The notes below the pieces were generated by a model, which saw nothing but the letters and a program-made list of their open reading frames with translations, was not told where the DNA came from and searched no databases. Below, in pieces: positions 47,927 to 58,930 of a stretch of DNA of 64,000 bases. Source of the stretch: Myxococcota bacterium (lineage in GTDB: Bacteria; Myxococcota_A; UBA9160; UBA4427); contig OZ252299.1 of NCBI GenBank assembly GCA_965250285.1, positions 3,264,001-3,328,000 of the forward strand, written 5' to 3'. The translations under genes were made by a program, and so were the position numbers. How positions within the stretch are numbered: position 1 is the first letter of the stretch; each line of letters starts with the position of its first letter.

Positions 47927-48895
47927 TCAGTACTCGCGGAACAGCTCTTTCAGGCTCGCGACGCGGGGCAGCTGGATGCGCGCGACGGCGCCTGCCCCGA
48001 ACTGGTTGCGATCTTCGTCCTGCGGAAAACCACCGTCCGCAATGTTCCCCTTGAGACGCAGGTACGAGAAGCTGCCCTCGAGGATCAGCCACGCTCTGGC
48101 GCCGCGATTCAGGAACCCCGGCGCCCAGTTCACCCGCATCAGCGGACCGACCGAGGTGCGCTCGAAGTTCGTGGTCGTGGCCCCGCTCTGGCTGAAGTTG
48201 TCGTTCTGCACCTCGAGCGCGAGGCCGAGCACGGCGCTCAGGCGATCGCTCGCATACCAGCGGGCGAACGCATCGACGACGAAGCCGTCGAACTCGCGGT
48301 CGAGGTCGGGGGTGCTCGCCGAGTCGAGGGCATCGGTCTTGCCGAACGCGTACCCGAAGTCGATTCCGAAGTCGAAGGCGTCGGTGTAGAGCTCGCCGAA
48401 CAGGCCGAGCCGATTGCGACGGCTCGTGTCGGTGAAATCGGTGGAACGGCCGTTGTACAGGTAGCTGATGCCGCCCGCGCCAATGTTCGGGTTGCGTCGA
48501 AACACGCTCCCGCCGACGACGAAGTCGCCGACCTTGTCGTCGAAGCCGGGCGGATCGGCTTCACCGTCGACGGAGCGGTTCGACCAACCGCCGCCGAGCA
48601 GCGCACGCCACCCCCAGCTGCGCCCGATGGGCGCGACCACGCTGCCGATGACGCCGATTCGATTCGCCTGCGAGCGTTGATCGCTGCGCCAGCCGCCGTC
48701 GGCGATCGTCGTGTGTTCGTAGATCGGCACGAGCAGCGTGAAGGCCGCGCCCTTCACGGCGGCCGGTGCCCGCCGGTCGAGCTCGCCCTGCCGGTACTGC
48801 GCCGCCGCCGGCGCGACCGAGAGCAGCAGAAGGCCCATGGCCAGCGAGAACACGATGCCCTGCCCGGGGCCCCGCCGCGCCCATGCAATGCTCAT
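47927..48895 (-). CDS. Exported protein, probable outer-membrane beta-barrel
   Basis: Signal peptide (..SVAPAAA|QY), alternating aromatic/hydrophobic strands and a short C-terminal helix SLKELFREY. Confidence 0.65.
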   Translation of the reverse strand: MSIAWARRGPGQGIVFSLAMGLLLLSVAPAAAQYRQGELDRRAPAAVKGAAFTLLVPIYEHTTIADGGWRSDQRSQANRIGVIGSVVAPIGRSWGWRALLGGGWSNRSVDGEADPPGFDDKVGDFVVGGSVFRRNPNIGAGGISYLYNGRSTDFTDTSRRNRLGLFGELYTDAFDFGIDFGYAFGKTDALDSASTPDLDREFDGFVVDAFARWYASDRLSAVLGLALEVQNDNFSQSGATTTNFERTSVGPLMRVNWAPGFLNRGARAWLILEGSFSYLRLKGNIADGGFPQDEDRNQFGAGAVARIQLPRVASLKELFREY

Positions 48896-49731
48896 TTCCT
48901 GCTGCCCCCCGGTTCGATCGAGTGCTCGATGTACTCGATGATGCGCGATGCGTTCTCCTCCACTGCGCGGCCCGAGACGTCGATGGTGCGCCAGCCGTTG
49001 CGCCTGAAGAGTCGTCGCGCGCGCGTGACCTCACCCATCACCTGCTCGACGTCGGTGTAGTTCGTCGAGTTCGAGATGCGCAGCGCACGCAGCCGTGCCT
49101 GCCGGACCCCGAGGAGCGTCGTGGGATCGATGATGAGACCGAAGACCTTGCGCCGGTCGAGCTCGAGCAGCTCGCGGGGCGGGTCGATTCCGGGCACCAG
49201 CGGCACGTTGCCCGTCTTGTAGCCGCGCTGGGCGAGGTACATCGAGAGCGGCGTCTTCGACGTGCGAGAGACGCCGGTCAGCACGATATCGGCCTCCCAG
49301 AGCGTCGCCAGGCTCGCCCCATCGTCGTGACGCACGGCGAACTCGACCGCGTCGACTCGGTTCATGTAGTCGTCGCTGAAGCCGTGCAGCAGACCGGGCT
49401 TGTGCGCCGGCTCGATGTGCAGAGTCTGCGCGAGGCGGGTGATCAGCGGCCCCAGCAGGTCGACGGTGACGACCCCCAGTCGCTGGGCCTCGTTGTTCAG
49501 CACCTCGATGATCGCGGCGTCGACCAGGCTGTACACGACGAAGGCGTTGGCGCCGCTCGCGGTCTCGACGAGCCGCTTCGCGTCGCTCGACGCGCGCACC
49601 TCGCCGTAGACTCGAAGCCTCCACGGCGTCGGGAACTGCGCCATGGCCGCGCGGACGGCGGCGGTGCCGGTATCACCGGTGCCGTCACTGACCACGAAGA
49701 CCTGCAGGACGTCCGAGTTGGCCTCCCCCAT
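48892..49731 (-). CDS. PEP synthase/PPDK regulatory kinase-pyrophosphorylase (PSRP, DUF299)
   Basis: VSDGTGDT, EFAVRHDDG, GVSRTSKTPLSMYLA and AVEE.A. Confidence 0.93.
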   Translation of the reverse strand: MGEANSDVLQVFVVSDGTGDTGTAAVRAAMAQFPTPWRLRVYGEVRASSDAKRLVETASGANAFVVYSLVDAAIIEVLNNEAQRLGVVTVDLLGPLITRLAQTLHIEPAHKPGLLHGFSDDYMNRVDAVEFAVRHDDGASLATLWEADIVLTGVSRTSKTPLSMYLAQRGYKTGNVPLVPGIDPPRELLELDRRKVFGLIIDPTTLLGVRQARLRALRISNSTNYTDVEQVMGEVTRARRLFRRNGWRTIDVSGRAVEENASRIIEYIEHSIEPGGSRK

Positions 49732-49820
49732 GGCCGGGACGGTAGCAGCGGGTGCCGGGCAGGCAGCGCACGGCCGTTCCGTTGACGAAGCCCGGCCCCA
49801 CCGGCAGAATCCCCCCTCCC

Positions 49821-52457
49821 ATGGCGTACAACCCCGCGGAAATCGAGCCGAAATGGCAGGACTACTGGCTGGCGCAGAGCACCTTCCGCGCCGAGATCGA
49901 CGCCAGTAAGCCCAAGTACTACGTGCTCGACATGTTCCCGTACCCGTCCGGCGACGGGCTCCACGTGGGGCATCCCGAGGGCTACACGGCCACCGACATC
50001 CTCGCTCGCTACAAGCGCATGCGGGGCTTCAACGTGCTGCATCCGATGGGCTGGGACGCGTTCGGTCTGCCGGCCGAGCAGTACGCGATCAAGACGGGGA
50101 CGCATCCGCGGATCACGACCCAGCGCAACGTCGACAACTTCCGACGCCAGATCCAGCGGCTCGGGTTCAGCTACGACTGGTCGCGCGAGATCGACACGAC
50201 CGACCCGGGTTATGCGCGCTGGACCCAGTGGATCTTCCGCAAGCTCTTCGAGAAGGGCCTCGCCTACCAGGCCGAGGTCGCGGTCAACTGGTGCCCGGCG
50301 CTCGGCACGGTACTGGCGAACGAAGAGGTGATCGACGGCAAGAGCGAGGTCGGCGGCCACCCCGTCGTGCGCCGCCCGATGAAGCAGTGGATGCTGCGCA
50401 TCACCGAGTACGCCGACCGGCTGATCGACGACCTCGACGACCTCGACTGGCCCGAACCGATCAAGAAGATGCAGCGCGACTGGATCGGCAAGAGCGAAGG
50501 CGCCCACGTGCGCTTCGCGACCGATGGGCATCCCGATACGGCGATCGAGGTCTTCACGACCCGGCCCGATACGCTCTTCGGCGCCACCTACATGGTGCTC
50601 GCTCCCGAGCACGAGCTCGTCGCGAAGATCACCACCGAGGCGCAGCGCGCCGACGTCGAGGCGTACGTCGAGAAGACCGCGCGCCGCAGCGAGCGCGCGC
50701 GCGTCGCCGAGGCGGGCGAGAAGACGGGCGTATTCACCGGCGCGACGGCGACGAACCCGGTGAATGGCGAATCGATCCCGATCTGGATCGCCGACTACGT
50801 TCTCGCGGCCTACGGCACGGGCGCGATCATGGCGGTGCCGGGCCACGACGAGCGGGATCACGCGTTCGCGAAGACCTTCGACCTGCCGATCGTCGAGGTG
50901 GTGGCCGGCGGGGACGTGCAGGAGGCCGCGTACACCGGCGACGGCCCCGCGATCAACTCGAGCTTTCTCGACGGGCTCGACACGCCCAGCGCGAAACGCC
51001 GCATGATCGAGTGGCTCGAGGCCGAGCAGAAGGGCGCGGGTACGATCACGTACAAGCTGCGCGACTGGCTCTTCAGTCGGCAGCGCTACTGGGGAGAGCC
51101 CTTCCCGGTCATCCACTGCGATGACGGCGCGGTCAAACTGGTGCCCGAAGAAGATCTGCCGCTCACGCTCCCCGAGCTCGACGACTTCAAGCCGTCGGGG
51201 GACGACCTGACCCCGCTCGCGCGCGCCCACGACTGGATCGAGACCGTCGACCCCGAGACGGGTCGCGTCGCGCGGCGAGATCCGAACACCATGCCCCAGT
51301 GGGCCGGCAGCTGCTGGTACTTCCTCCGCTTCGTCGATCCGCACAACGACGAGGCGCCGTGGTCGCAGGAGGCCGAGCAGTACTGGATGCCCGTCGACCT
51401 CTATGTGGGCGGCGCCGAGCATGCCGTGCTTCACCTGCTCTACGCGCGTTTCTGGCACAAGGTCTTCTACGACCTCGGCCTCGTGCACACGAAGGAGCCG
51501 TTCCAGAAGCTCGTCAACCAAGGGATGATTCTCGGCGACAGCTACCGCTACTACGACACCGACACCGCCGACGAAGGCGGCGACGCCCAGGCGTATCCTT
51601 CGAGCCACGTAAAGGAGACCGACGAGGGCCCCGTCACGAAGGAAGGCGGCGTGCCCGTCAAGGCGCGTTGGGTGGCGCTCAAGGACGTGGTCTTTCGGGA
51701 CGAGAAGGCCTGGCACCCGACGATCGAGGGTCTCGAGCTCGAGCGCGTCGTCGAAAAGATGTCGAAGAGTCGCGGCAACGTCGTCAACCCCGACGACGTC
51801 GTCGCCGAGTTCGGCGCCGACTCGATGCGGCTCTACGAGATGTTCATCGGCCCGCTCGAGAAGGCGGCGCCCTGGTCCACCGAGGGCATCCAGGGCATCT
51901 ACCGGTTCCTGCAGCGCAGCTGGCGGCTGCTGATCGAGGAGGCGCCCGACCGCGAGAGCGAGGCGCTGCGCGAACTCGCATCGGGCGACGGCACGGCCGA
52001 CCAGCAGCGCCTGCTCGCACAGACGATCGCCGGCGTCACCGACGACCTCGAGACGATGCGCTTCAACACCGCGATCTCGAAACTGATGGTCTTCGTCCGC
52101 GACATCGCGAAGGATGCGCCGCTGACGCGCGATCAGGCCGAGGCGTTCGTCCGAATGCTCTCCCCGATGGCACCGCACCTCGGTGAAGAGCTGTGGCAAC
52201 AGCTCGGCCACGAAGGCACCCTCGCTTACGCACCGTGGCCCGAGGCCGATGAGAGCAAGCTGGTCGAAGACGAGATCACGCTCGTCCTGCAGGTCAACGG
52301 CAAGAAGCGCGGCGAGATGAACGTGCCGGCCAGCCTGCCGAAGGACGAGATCGAGCAAGCCGCCCTCGCCCACGAGCGTGTGCAGGCGAGCCTCGACGGG
52401 CGCGACCCGAAGAAGGTCATCGTCGTGCCCGGCCGCCTCGTCAACGTCGTCGGCTGA
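49821..52457 (+). CDS. leuS: Leucyl-tRNA synthetase
   Basis: MFPYPSG.GLHVGH, FTTRPDT editing domain, [13 protein letters not shown] and KMSKS. Confidence 0.98.
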   Translation: MAYNPAEIEPKWQDYWLAQSTFRAEIDASKPKYYVLDMFPYPSGDGLHVGHPEGYTATDILARYKRMRGFNVLHPMGWDAFGLPAEQYAIKTGTHPRITTQRNVDNFRRQIQRLGFSYDWSREIDTTDPGYARWTQWIFRKLFEKGLAYQAEVAVNWCPALGTVLANEEVIDGKSEVGGHPVVRRPMKQWMLRITEYADRLIDDLDDLDWPEPIKKMQRDWIGKSEGAHVRFATDGHPDTAIEVFTTRPDTLFGATYMVLAPEHELVAKITTEAQRADVEAYVEKTARRSERARVAEAGEKTGVFTGATATNPVNGESIPIWIADYVLAAYGTGAIMAVPGHDERDHAFAKTFDLPIVEVVAGGDVQEAAYTGDGPAINSSFLDGLDTPSAKRRMIEWLEAEQKGAGTITYKLRDWLFSRQRYWGEPFPVIHCDDGAVKLVPEEDLPLTLPELDDFKPSGDDLTPLARAHDWIETVDPETGRVARRDPNTMPQWAGSCWYFLRFVDPHNDEAPWSQEAEQYWMPVDLYVGGAEHAVLHLLYARFWHKVFYDLGLVHTKEPFQKLVNQGMILGDSYRYYDTDTADEGGDAQAYPSSHVKETDEGPVTKEGGVPVKARWVALKDVVFRDEKAWHPTIEGLELERVVEKMSKSRGNVVNPDDVVAEFGADSMRLYEMFIGPLEKAAPWSTEGIQGIYRFLQRSWRLLIEEAPDRESEALRELASGDGTADQQRLLAQTIAGVTDDLETMRFNTAISKLMVFVRDIAKDAPLTRDQAEAFVRMLSPMAPHLGEELWQQLGHEGTLAYAPWPEADESKLVEDEITLVLQVNGKKRGEMNVPASLPKDEIEQAALAHERVQASLDGRDPKKVIVVPGRLVNVVG

Positions 52458-52477
52458 CTCGACGCGCCAGCACGCGG

Positions 52478-53821
52478 TCAGAAGTAGAACTTGAACTGGA
52501 AGAAGAGCGAACTCGGCGACGTGCCGAACTCGCTGCGCAGATCGATCGAAGGCGGCGGCCCCGCATCCGATTCGGGGCGCTTGCCGATGTTGATCGCCGC
52601 GCCGACGAGAAACTCGGCCTCGTCGCTGACCGAGTAGCGCAGAATCGGCTGGATCTGCATGCTGCCGTCATCGCCCGAGATGACCATCAGCCCGCCCAGA
52701 TTGATGAGCGGCGTCGCCTCCCAGTTCGCCGACAACCCGATCAGATGGTGGCTGACGGCGAAGCTCTCCTGCGCCGCGACGCGCACGAAGCCCACGATCG
52801 GATCGTCCGGGTCGCCCGCACCGTTGTAGAAGTACTGCGCCTGCACCGTCACGCCCTGCGAGAAGTAGTAGCCGGCGGCGATCGTGGCCTCGACGCGGTC
52901 CTCGATCAGATCGGGCCCACCCGGCGTCGCCTCGATCGAGCCGGGCTCGGCGATCTCGACCGACACCTCGCCGCGCACATCGAACCCGCGCGTCTCGCCC
53001 GCGAAGCCCGCGGCGATCTGGTAGGCGCCGTACACCTTGCCGCCCTGAATCGAGACGTCGGTGCCGAACAGGTTGCCGTAGAGCCGTCCGAGCACCGACG
53101 AGCCGTACCAGTCGGCGCCGGCATGCTCCTGGTCGGGGTTGATCGGCTGCCCCATGAGATCGGTCTTGCGACCGGCCACGCCGATCACGTCGAAGCCCGA
53201 GAGATCCCCGAAGGCCCAGGTCACGCGCCCGGCGTCGACCCCCGGCTTGTATTCCTGATCGAACTGCCTCGGATCGAAAGGCAGGTAGACGTCCATGGGC
53301 GACCAGAGGAAGGCGTGCCCGAGGCTGATCGCCTGCCGTCCGAAGCGCAGCGAGAGGTGGTCGCTCTCGCGCGCCGCATTCAAGCGGTCGAGACTGAGCG
53401 CGAGGCTCACGTCCGGCTCGGTCACCTGATCCCAGTCGAGATCGAGCGCGCGGTATCGGGACGTCCCGGGCGAGAGTCCGAGCGTGGGCAGCGTCGCGCC
53501 ACCCGTCGGCGACGCGTAGGTCGATGCGGTGAAGAACTGCACCAGGTGCCCGGTGTAGCTCCAGTGCTCGTCGGGTTTGCCCGCCGCGATGATTCGAAGC
53601 GGCGACTGCAAGAACGCGTCCGCCCTCGCGTCGTCGGGGAAGAGCACGTCGTCGTCATAGTTGATCGAGAAGCCGGCGATCGTCCGAAAGCTGCCCTCGA
53701 GACCGAATGCGCCATCCGGGTCGCCGTAGATCGCGGCTGCAGCGCCCGGCCAGATCGCGACGGCGAGCAGCCCGATCGACGCGAGCGCATGCACGAAGAA
53801 CCGGCTCGGTTGCACGGTCAC
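52478..53821 (-). CDS. Probable outer-membrane beta-barrel protein (partner of the LolA-like/ABC operon)
   Basis: Signal peptide, LDRL and RFGRQAISLG...WSPMD..PF..YKPGVDA; ends in FFQFKFYF (BAM signal). Confidence 0.75.
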   Translation of the reverse strand: MTVQPSRFFVHALASIGLLAVAIWPGAAAAIYGDPDGAFGLEGSFRTIAGFSINYDDDVLFPDDARADAFLQSPLRIIAAGKPDEHWSYTGHLVQFFTASTYASPTGGATLPTLGLSPGTSRYRALDLDWDQVTEPDVSLALSLDRLNAARESDHLSLRFGRQAISLGHAFLWSPMDVYLPFDPRQFDQEYKPGVDAGRVTWAFGDLSGFDVIGVAGRKTDLMGQPINPDQEHAGADWYGSSVLGRLYGNLFGTDVSIQGGKVYGAYQIAAGFAGETRGFDVRGEVSVEIAEPGSIEATPGGPDLIEDRVEATIAAGYYFSQGVTVQAQYFYNGAGDPDDPIVGFVRVAAQESFAVSHHLIGLSANWEATPLINLGGLMVISGDDGSMQIQPILRYSVSDEAEFLVGAAINIGKRPESDAGPPPSIDLRSEFGTSPSSLFFQFKFYF

Positions 53822-54570
53822 TCCCAGTCCTGGAACTCGTCGGGCGGACCGTCGTAGACGATCTGGCCGTCGCGCATCCAGATCAGTCTCGTTCCTTGTC
53901 GCATGATTCGGCGGTCGTGGGTCGCCATGACCAGCGTCGCGCCGTGCACCTCGTGCAGCTCGCGCATCACATCGATCAGAGCGTCGGACGTGCGCGAGTC
54001 GACGTTCGCAGTGGGTTCGTCGGCGAGGATCAGCGCCGGGCGGGGCGCGAGCGCACGCACGAACGCGACGCGCTGTTGTTGGCCTCCACTCATCTGGGTC
54101 GGGAAACGATCTTCGAGGCCTTCGAGACCGACTTCGGCGAAGAGCGCAGCGACCCGCGCGCGGCGCTCGGCCGGCGGCACACCCTGCAGCATCATCACGT
54201 ACTCGGCGTTCTCGTACGCCGTCAGCACCGTGATCAGGTTGTAGTTCTGAAAGACGAACCCGATGCGATCCCGGCGCAGCTTCGAGCGATCGGAGCGGCT
54301 CATGACGGCCGCGTCGCGCCCCTCGACCTTGACGCTGCCGCTGTCGAGGTCATCGAGACACCCGATCTGCTGCAACAGACACGTCTTGCCGCTGCCCGAC
54401 GGCCCGGCCAGCACGGCGAAGTCTCCGCGGTGAATGTCGAGGTCGACGCCGTCCAGCGCACGCACGAGGGTCACGCCCTCTCCGAACGTCTTCACCACGC
54501 CGCGCAGCTCGACGACGGCCTCGGCCGGCGCCCCCGCCGCGTCGCTCGCGCTCGTCATGCCTTCGGCCAT
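53818..54570 (-). CDS. ABC ATP-binding protein, LolD/MacB-type
   Basis: GPSGSGKT, IGFVFQNYNL, MSGGQQQRVA and LADEPTAN. Confidence 0.92.
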   Translation of the reverse strand: MAEGMTSASDAAGAPAEAVVELRGVVKTFGEGVTLVRALDGVDLDIHRGDFAVLAGPSGSGKTCLLQQIGCLDDLDSGSVKVEGRDAAVMSRSDRSKLRRDRIGFVFQNYNLITVLTAYENAEYVMMLQGVPPAERRARVAALFAEVGLEGLEDRFPTQMSGGQQQRVAFVRALAPRPALILADEPTANVDSRTSDALIDVMRELHEVHGATLVMATHDRRIMRQGTRLIWMRDGQIVYDGPPDEFQDWE

Positions 54571-54600
54571 CGTCCCCTCGAATCCATGCTCGCTGCGCGC

Positions 54601-55857
54601 CTAGGCCCGCAGCTCGTGCGCAAGGTGCATCTTGCCGATGATCCGCATCGGGAAGATCGCCGTCAGCAGCGTGGCCAGCGTGATGTTGCGCAGCACCGCG
54701 GCGTACGAGCTGAAGGCGAGATCGGGGCGCACGATCGTGCTCACTGCGAAGTTTCCGAGCGTCATGTCGTCGTTGCCACCCATGAGACTCGCGAGATCGA
54801 GGCCGTGGTGCATGAAGTACCAGAGCGGCACCCACCCGAGCAGCGACCCCAGCGCACAGCCGAGCAACGCGAGGATCAGCGCCTCGACGACGATCTGCAT
54901 GCCCAGCTCGAGACTCGAGACGCCGATCGCCATTTGAACGGCGAACTCGCGTCGACGCTCGAGCACGCTCATCAGCAGCGTGTTGAAGATCGTGAAGAGC
55001 GTGAGCGCGACCAGGATCGTCGTGAACACGATGTTGCCGCCGCGATCCGAGCGAATGTAGGCGGCGAGGCCGGGCTGCACGTCCTCCCAGCCGAGCAACA
55101 CGAGCTCGCCTCGTGGATCGACGAGCGCCTGCGCCGCGCGCGTCACGCGGCGACGATCGGATCGGTGCTCGAGCACGATGCCCAGGTCGGTGGCGGTGCC
55201 GGGCGCGAGGCCGAGGAAGTGCGCGGCCGCGTCGATCGGCATCTGCACGACGTAGCCGTCGAGCCCGGGCTCACCGCTCCGGAACACGCCGCGCACGCGA
55301 AACAACGACTCGACGAGGTCGCCGTTCACGTCGTTGGCCGAGATCACCAGCTTCTTGCCCGGCGCGAGGTCGAGGCGCTCGGCCATGTCGATCCCGATCA
55401 GAACCCAGCGATCGTCGTCGCCGCGCAGGTACTCGCCGTCGACGATGTGCTCGGCGACCGGCGAGAGGTCACGCTCGATCGCCGGTTCGAGCCCCATGAT
55501 CGCAACCCCCGTCGCCTCGACGCCGCTGCGCGCCATGCCCTGCGCATTCAACAGTCGCTTCGCCACGGCGACGCCGTCGATGGCCTGCAGCTGCGTCGCG
55601 AGCTCGCGCGCGCCAGCGACGTTCGAGTCGAGGTCGGGCGCATCGAGGTACCCCGACCGTTGAATCGTGAGATGGCCGGCCTGGAGACGCGCCGCATCGT
55701 TGATCAGCTGGTTGTAGACGCCGTCGCCGAAGCCGATGAAGAAGATCGTGAGCCCGACACCGAACGCGACGGCCACCGCACTGATGGTCGTTCGCCGCGC
55801 GTGTCGGCGACTCGAGCGCGCGGCCTGGCGCACGATCGTCGCCCAGTTCATGCGCAC
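54601..55857 (-). CDS. ABC permease, LolC/E-FtsX (type VII) family
   Basis: RRT-TM1, a periplasmic domain and NTLLMSVLERRREF..AIG. Confidence 0.88.
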   Translation of the reverse strand: MRMNWATIVRQAARSSRRHARRTTISAVAVAFGVGLTIFFIGFGDGVYNQLINDAARLQAGHLTIQRSGYLDAPDLDSNVAGARELATQLQAIDGVAVAKRLLNAQGMARSGVEATGVAIMGLEPAIERDLSPVAEHIVDGEYLRGDDDRWVLIGIDMAERLDLAPGKKLVISANDVNGDLVESLFRVRGVFRSGEPGLDGYVVQMPIDAAAHFLGLAPGTATDLGIVLEHRSDRRRVTRAAQALVDPRGELVLLGWEDVQPGLAAYIRSDRGGNIVFTTILVALTLFTIFNTLLMSVLERRREFAVQMAIGVSSLELGMQIVVEALILALLGCALGSLLGWVPLWYFMHHGLDLASLMGGNDDMTLGNFAVSTIVRPDLAFSSYAAVLRNITLATLLTAIFPMRIIGKMHLAHELRA

Positions 55858-55894
55858 CCCCGATGATGCGCCTGCGCCCCGCGGCGGCCCGCGC

Positions 55895-57151
55895 TCACGA
55901 GATCCTCCGCAGCGCTTCGACGGGAACGACCCGAGCCGCGTGAAACGCGGGATAGAGGCCCGCCAACAGCGCGATCGGGATCAGCGAGAGCGGGGTTCGC
56001 ACGATGCGCGCGAGGTCGAAGTCGGCGCGCCAGATCGGGTCCCAGACGACGCCATTCATCTCGATCTGCCCGCCGAACGCAGTGGTATCGATCCCGTTCG
56101 CGCTCATGTAGAGCGTGGCGAGGGCGCCGATCGCCATGCCGATCGCGGCACCGAGCGCGCTCAGGATGACGACCTCGATCGACATCTCGCCGAAGACGCG
56201 CCAGGGCGACGCGCCGAGCGCCTTCACGAGCCCCATCTCGGGGATGCGCTCGTAGGCCGCCATCAGCATCGTGTTGAGGATGCCGAGCGCCGCCGCGGTG
56301 AAGAAGATGAAGGCGAAGATGGCCATGTACCGATCACTGAGGTCGACCATGTCGGACATCGTCGGGTTGAGCCCCCGCCAGCTGAGGACCTCATCGGCCT
56401 CGGGCGCGACCTCACGCACGAGGCCGGCGAGCTGGGCTTCGTCGAGCACGGGCTGGCGGGTTCGCGCGGGCGCGCCCGGCCCCGGTCGGGTGCTGAGCGC
56501 GATCTGGTGCACGCGCCCGTTCGCAACGAAGATCTCGTCGAAGGTGGCGGCCGGCACCATCACCGCCGTGCGATCGATGCGGTCGCCCATGGCGGAGAGG
56601 ATGCCCCGCACCCGCCACAGCTCGTTGCCCATCGAGCCGTCGGCCGCGGCGACGACGACGATGAGCTCGTCACCGACGTCGGCGTCGATGCTCCGGGCGA
56701 GCTTCTGCCCCAGGACGACGCCGGTCGGGTCGTCGTCGTCGATGAAGGCGCCGTCGACGAGGCTGGTGGCGAGCTTGAAGGCCGCGCGTTCGCGCTCGGG
56801 CTCGAGGCCCCAGATCTCGGCGCCGGCGCTCTTCTCGCCGGCCCCGACCAGCCCGGCACCGAACGATCTCGGGGCCGCGTGGATGCCCTCCTCATCGGCC
56901 CACTCGACGATCGCGCGGGCCCCCTTCACGTCGCGGTACATCGACGGCCGTTTGCGATAACCGTCGCCGTGCACCTGCACCTGCCCGACCTGGACGTCGG
57001 TCAGGTTGGCGATCGTTCCCTTGAACATGCCCATCATGAGGCTCTGGAAGAGGACGAGCACCGCGGTGCTCGCCGCGATCGTCGCGAGCGTGACGAGGGT
57101 GCGGCGGCGATTGCGCCACAGGTTTCGCCAGGAGATGACCAGCCAGCTCAC
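55895..57151 (-). CDS. ABC permease, LolC/E-FtsX (type VII) family
   Basis: WRNLWRNRRRT, NTMLMAAYERIPEMG..KALG and YPA..AAR..P.EALR. Confidence 0.9.
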   Translation of the reverse strand: MSWLVISWRNLWRNRRRTLVTLATIAASTAVLVLFQSLMMGMFKGTIANLTDVQVGQVQVHGDGYRKRPSMYRDVKGARAIVEWADEEGIHAAPRSFGAGLVGAGEKSAGAEIWGLEPERERAAFKLATSLVDGAFIDDDDPTGVVLGQKLARSIDADVGDELIVVVAAADGSMGNELWRVRGILSAMGDRIDRTAVMVPAATFDEIFVANGRVHQIALSTRPGPGAPARTRQPVLDEAQLAGLVREVAPEADEVLSWRGLNPTMSDMVDLSDRYMAIFAFIFFTAAALGILNTMLMAAYERIPEMGLVKALGASPWRVFGEMSIEVVILSALGAAIGMAIGALATLYMSANGIDTTAFGGQIEMNGVVWDPIWRADFDLARIVRTPLSLIPIALLAGLYPAFHAARVVPVEALRRIS

Positions 57152-57188
57152 GTGACGCCTCGACGCGCCTGGCCAACGCGCAGCGCCG

Positions 57189-57992
57189 TCATCGCTTCAG
57201 GCTCTGGATCGTGAAGAGAGAATCTTCGATCGGCGCGTCGAAGTCGAGCTCTTCGTACACGATGATCGTGCGTTGATCGGGCTTGTGCGTCGGCAACAGC
57301 TCGACCCGCGTCGGCACGCGACGCCCGCCCCGTTCGTCCACATCGCTGAAGATCATCACCCGCGCTTCGCGCAGATCTTCGTCGTAGTACGTGATGCGCC
57401 GCGGAATCGGCTCGCCGTCCCCGGCCGCGAGCACCGAGAGCCTGCCCCACACGACCGGCGCATCGGGCTTGGGCACGCAGATGACCTCACGGACGGGTTG
57501 ACCATCGAACTCGGTCGTCTCGCCCCAGCTGAAGGTGTAGTCGCGGGCCATGCGACTCTCTTTGACGAGATCGTCGTTGGAAAAGTCAGAGCCCATCCAT
57601 GAGGCCGACATCATCGAAGACGGCAGCTTCATGACGCGCCGCACCTTCGGCAGGTAGTTCCAGATCTCGTTGCCCCGCCGCAGCGTCGTCGTCCCACGCT
57701 CCTTCTTCGGCGCGAGGATCTTGAAGAGCGAGAGATCCTGCCCCTTGCTCCATGCCTCGATCTCGAGGGTGCGGGACCAGTTGGGCGTGGTGACCTCCAT
57801 GCGCATGAGCGCGCGGCTCTGATCGGACCGGTAGAGGTCGTCGATCGCGTCGAGGAGCGCCTTCGCTTCGGGGACCGACGGCGCCGGCTGCGCCGCAGCC
57901 ACGGGAACGCACGCGAGCAAAGCCAGCCAGAGGCTCACGACGATGCGCGCGGCGCGCTGCCATCGGTGCGGTGGGTGGACGGTGGGGCGCAT
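57189..57992 (-). CDS. Outer-membrane lipoprotein-sorting (LolA-like) periplasmic protein
   Basis: Signal peptide, P..ERG...L, W.YLP..RR and SWMGSDFS.DD. Confidence 0.85.
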   Translation of the reverse strand: MRPTVHPPHRWQRAARIVVSLWLALLACVPVAAAQPAPSVPEAKALLDAIDDLYRSDQSRALMRMEVTTPNWSRTLEIEAWSKGQDLSLFKILAPKKERGTTTLRRGNEIWNYLPKVRRVMKLPSSMMSASWMGSDFSNDDLVKESRMARDYTFSWGETTEFDGQPVREVICVPKPDAPVVWGRLSVLAAGDGEPIPRRITYYDEDLREARVMIFSDVDERGGRRVPTRVELLPTHKPDQRTIIVYEELDFDAPIEDSLFTIQSLKR

Positions 57993-58057
57993 CCGACGCG
58001 TGCCTCCTCGAATCCAGGACCGGCCGGGACGGGAGCGCAGGGCGCGTCGTGTCTCGC

Positions 58058-58930
58058 TCAGATCACGAGATCGACGAGCAGCGCCATGAAGACGCCCGCC
58101 AGGAAGGCCAGACTCACGAGGAACATCTTACGCGCTGCGGCGTCCGTCTTCTCGCGAATCACCTCGATCGAGGCCCAAAGGAACCAGCCGCAGAGGCCGG
58201 TCGCGACCGCGCCGTAGAACGGACCGACGTAGCCGAGCGCCCACGGTGCGAGGGTCACCGGCACCAGGCCCATCGTGTACCAGAGCATGCGCCAGCGCGT
58301 GGCTTCGTCGCCGATCACGCTCGGCAGCATCTTCACGCCGGCCGCTTCGTAGTCGGCCTTGCGGTAGAGCGCGATGGCCCAGACGTGCGGCGGCTGCCAG
58401 AAGAAAACGATCGCGAACAGGAGCAGCCCACCCAGGCCCACATGCCCGTTGACCGCCACGTCGGCGATGAGCGGAGCCACCGCACCTGCGGCGCCGCCGA
58501 TCACGGCGTTCCAGGCCGATCGCGGCTTGAGCCAGATCGTGTAGACGAACACATAGAAGAGGATCGAGGCGACACCGAGCCCGGCGGCGGGCACGCCCGA
58601 GATCGCGTAGAGCACGACCGTCGACAGCAGCCCCAGCACCAGGCCGAATCGCAGCGCAGCCGGGGGCGAGATCCGGCCAGAGGGAATCGGCCGATCCTTC
58701 GTTCGCTCGGCGCGACCGTCGGCCTCCCACTCGATGTAGGCGTTGAGCGTGTTCGCCGAGGCGGCGGCCAGCGCGATGCCGAGCAACACGGCGGTGCCGA
58801 ACCACAGACTCGGCCAGACGCCGGTCGCGATGCCCATGGCCGGCAAGCCGGTGAAGAGCACCATCGGCAGGAGCCGCGGCTTCGTCAGATCGAGATAGTT
58901 GCGAGCAGTGACGAGGGTCTGGCTGGCCAT
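58058..58930 (-). CDS. cyoE: Protoheme IX farnesyltransferase (heme O synthase)
   Basis: LTKPR, RT..RPIPSG, YTIWLK, IGG.AGA and FFWQPPH.WAIAL...DY. Confidence 0.93.
   Translation of the reverse strand: MASQTLVTARNYLDLTKPRLLPMVLFTGLPAMGIATGVWPSLWFGTAVLLGIALAAASANTLNAYIEWEADGRAERTKDRPIPSGRISPPAALRFGLVLGLLSTVVLYAISGVPAAGLGVASILFYVFVYTIWLKPRSAWNAVIGGAAGAVAPLIADVAVNGHVGLGGLLLFAIVFFWQPPHVWAIALYRKADYEAAGVKMLPSVIGDEATRWRMLWYTMGLVPVTLAPWALGYVGPFYGAVATGLCGWFLWASIEVIREKTDAAARKMFLVSLAFLAGVFMALLVDLVI

Noticed and set aside
49497..52373. 958-aa minus-strand ORF (and similar long ORFs at 16361-19048, 42847-44883, 53707-55866, 59229-61736)
   Set aside because: Antisense or out-of-frame to well-supported genes such as leuS, MMPL and ptsP.
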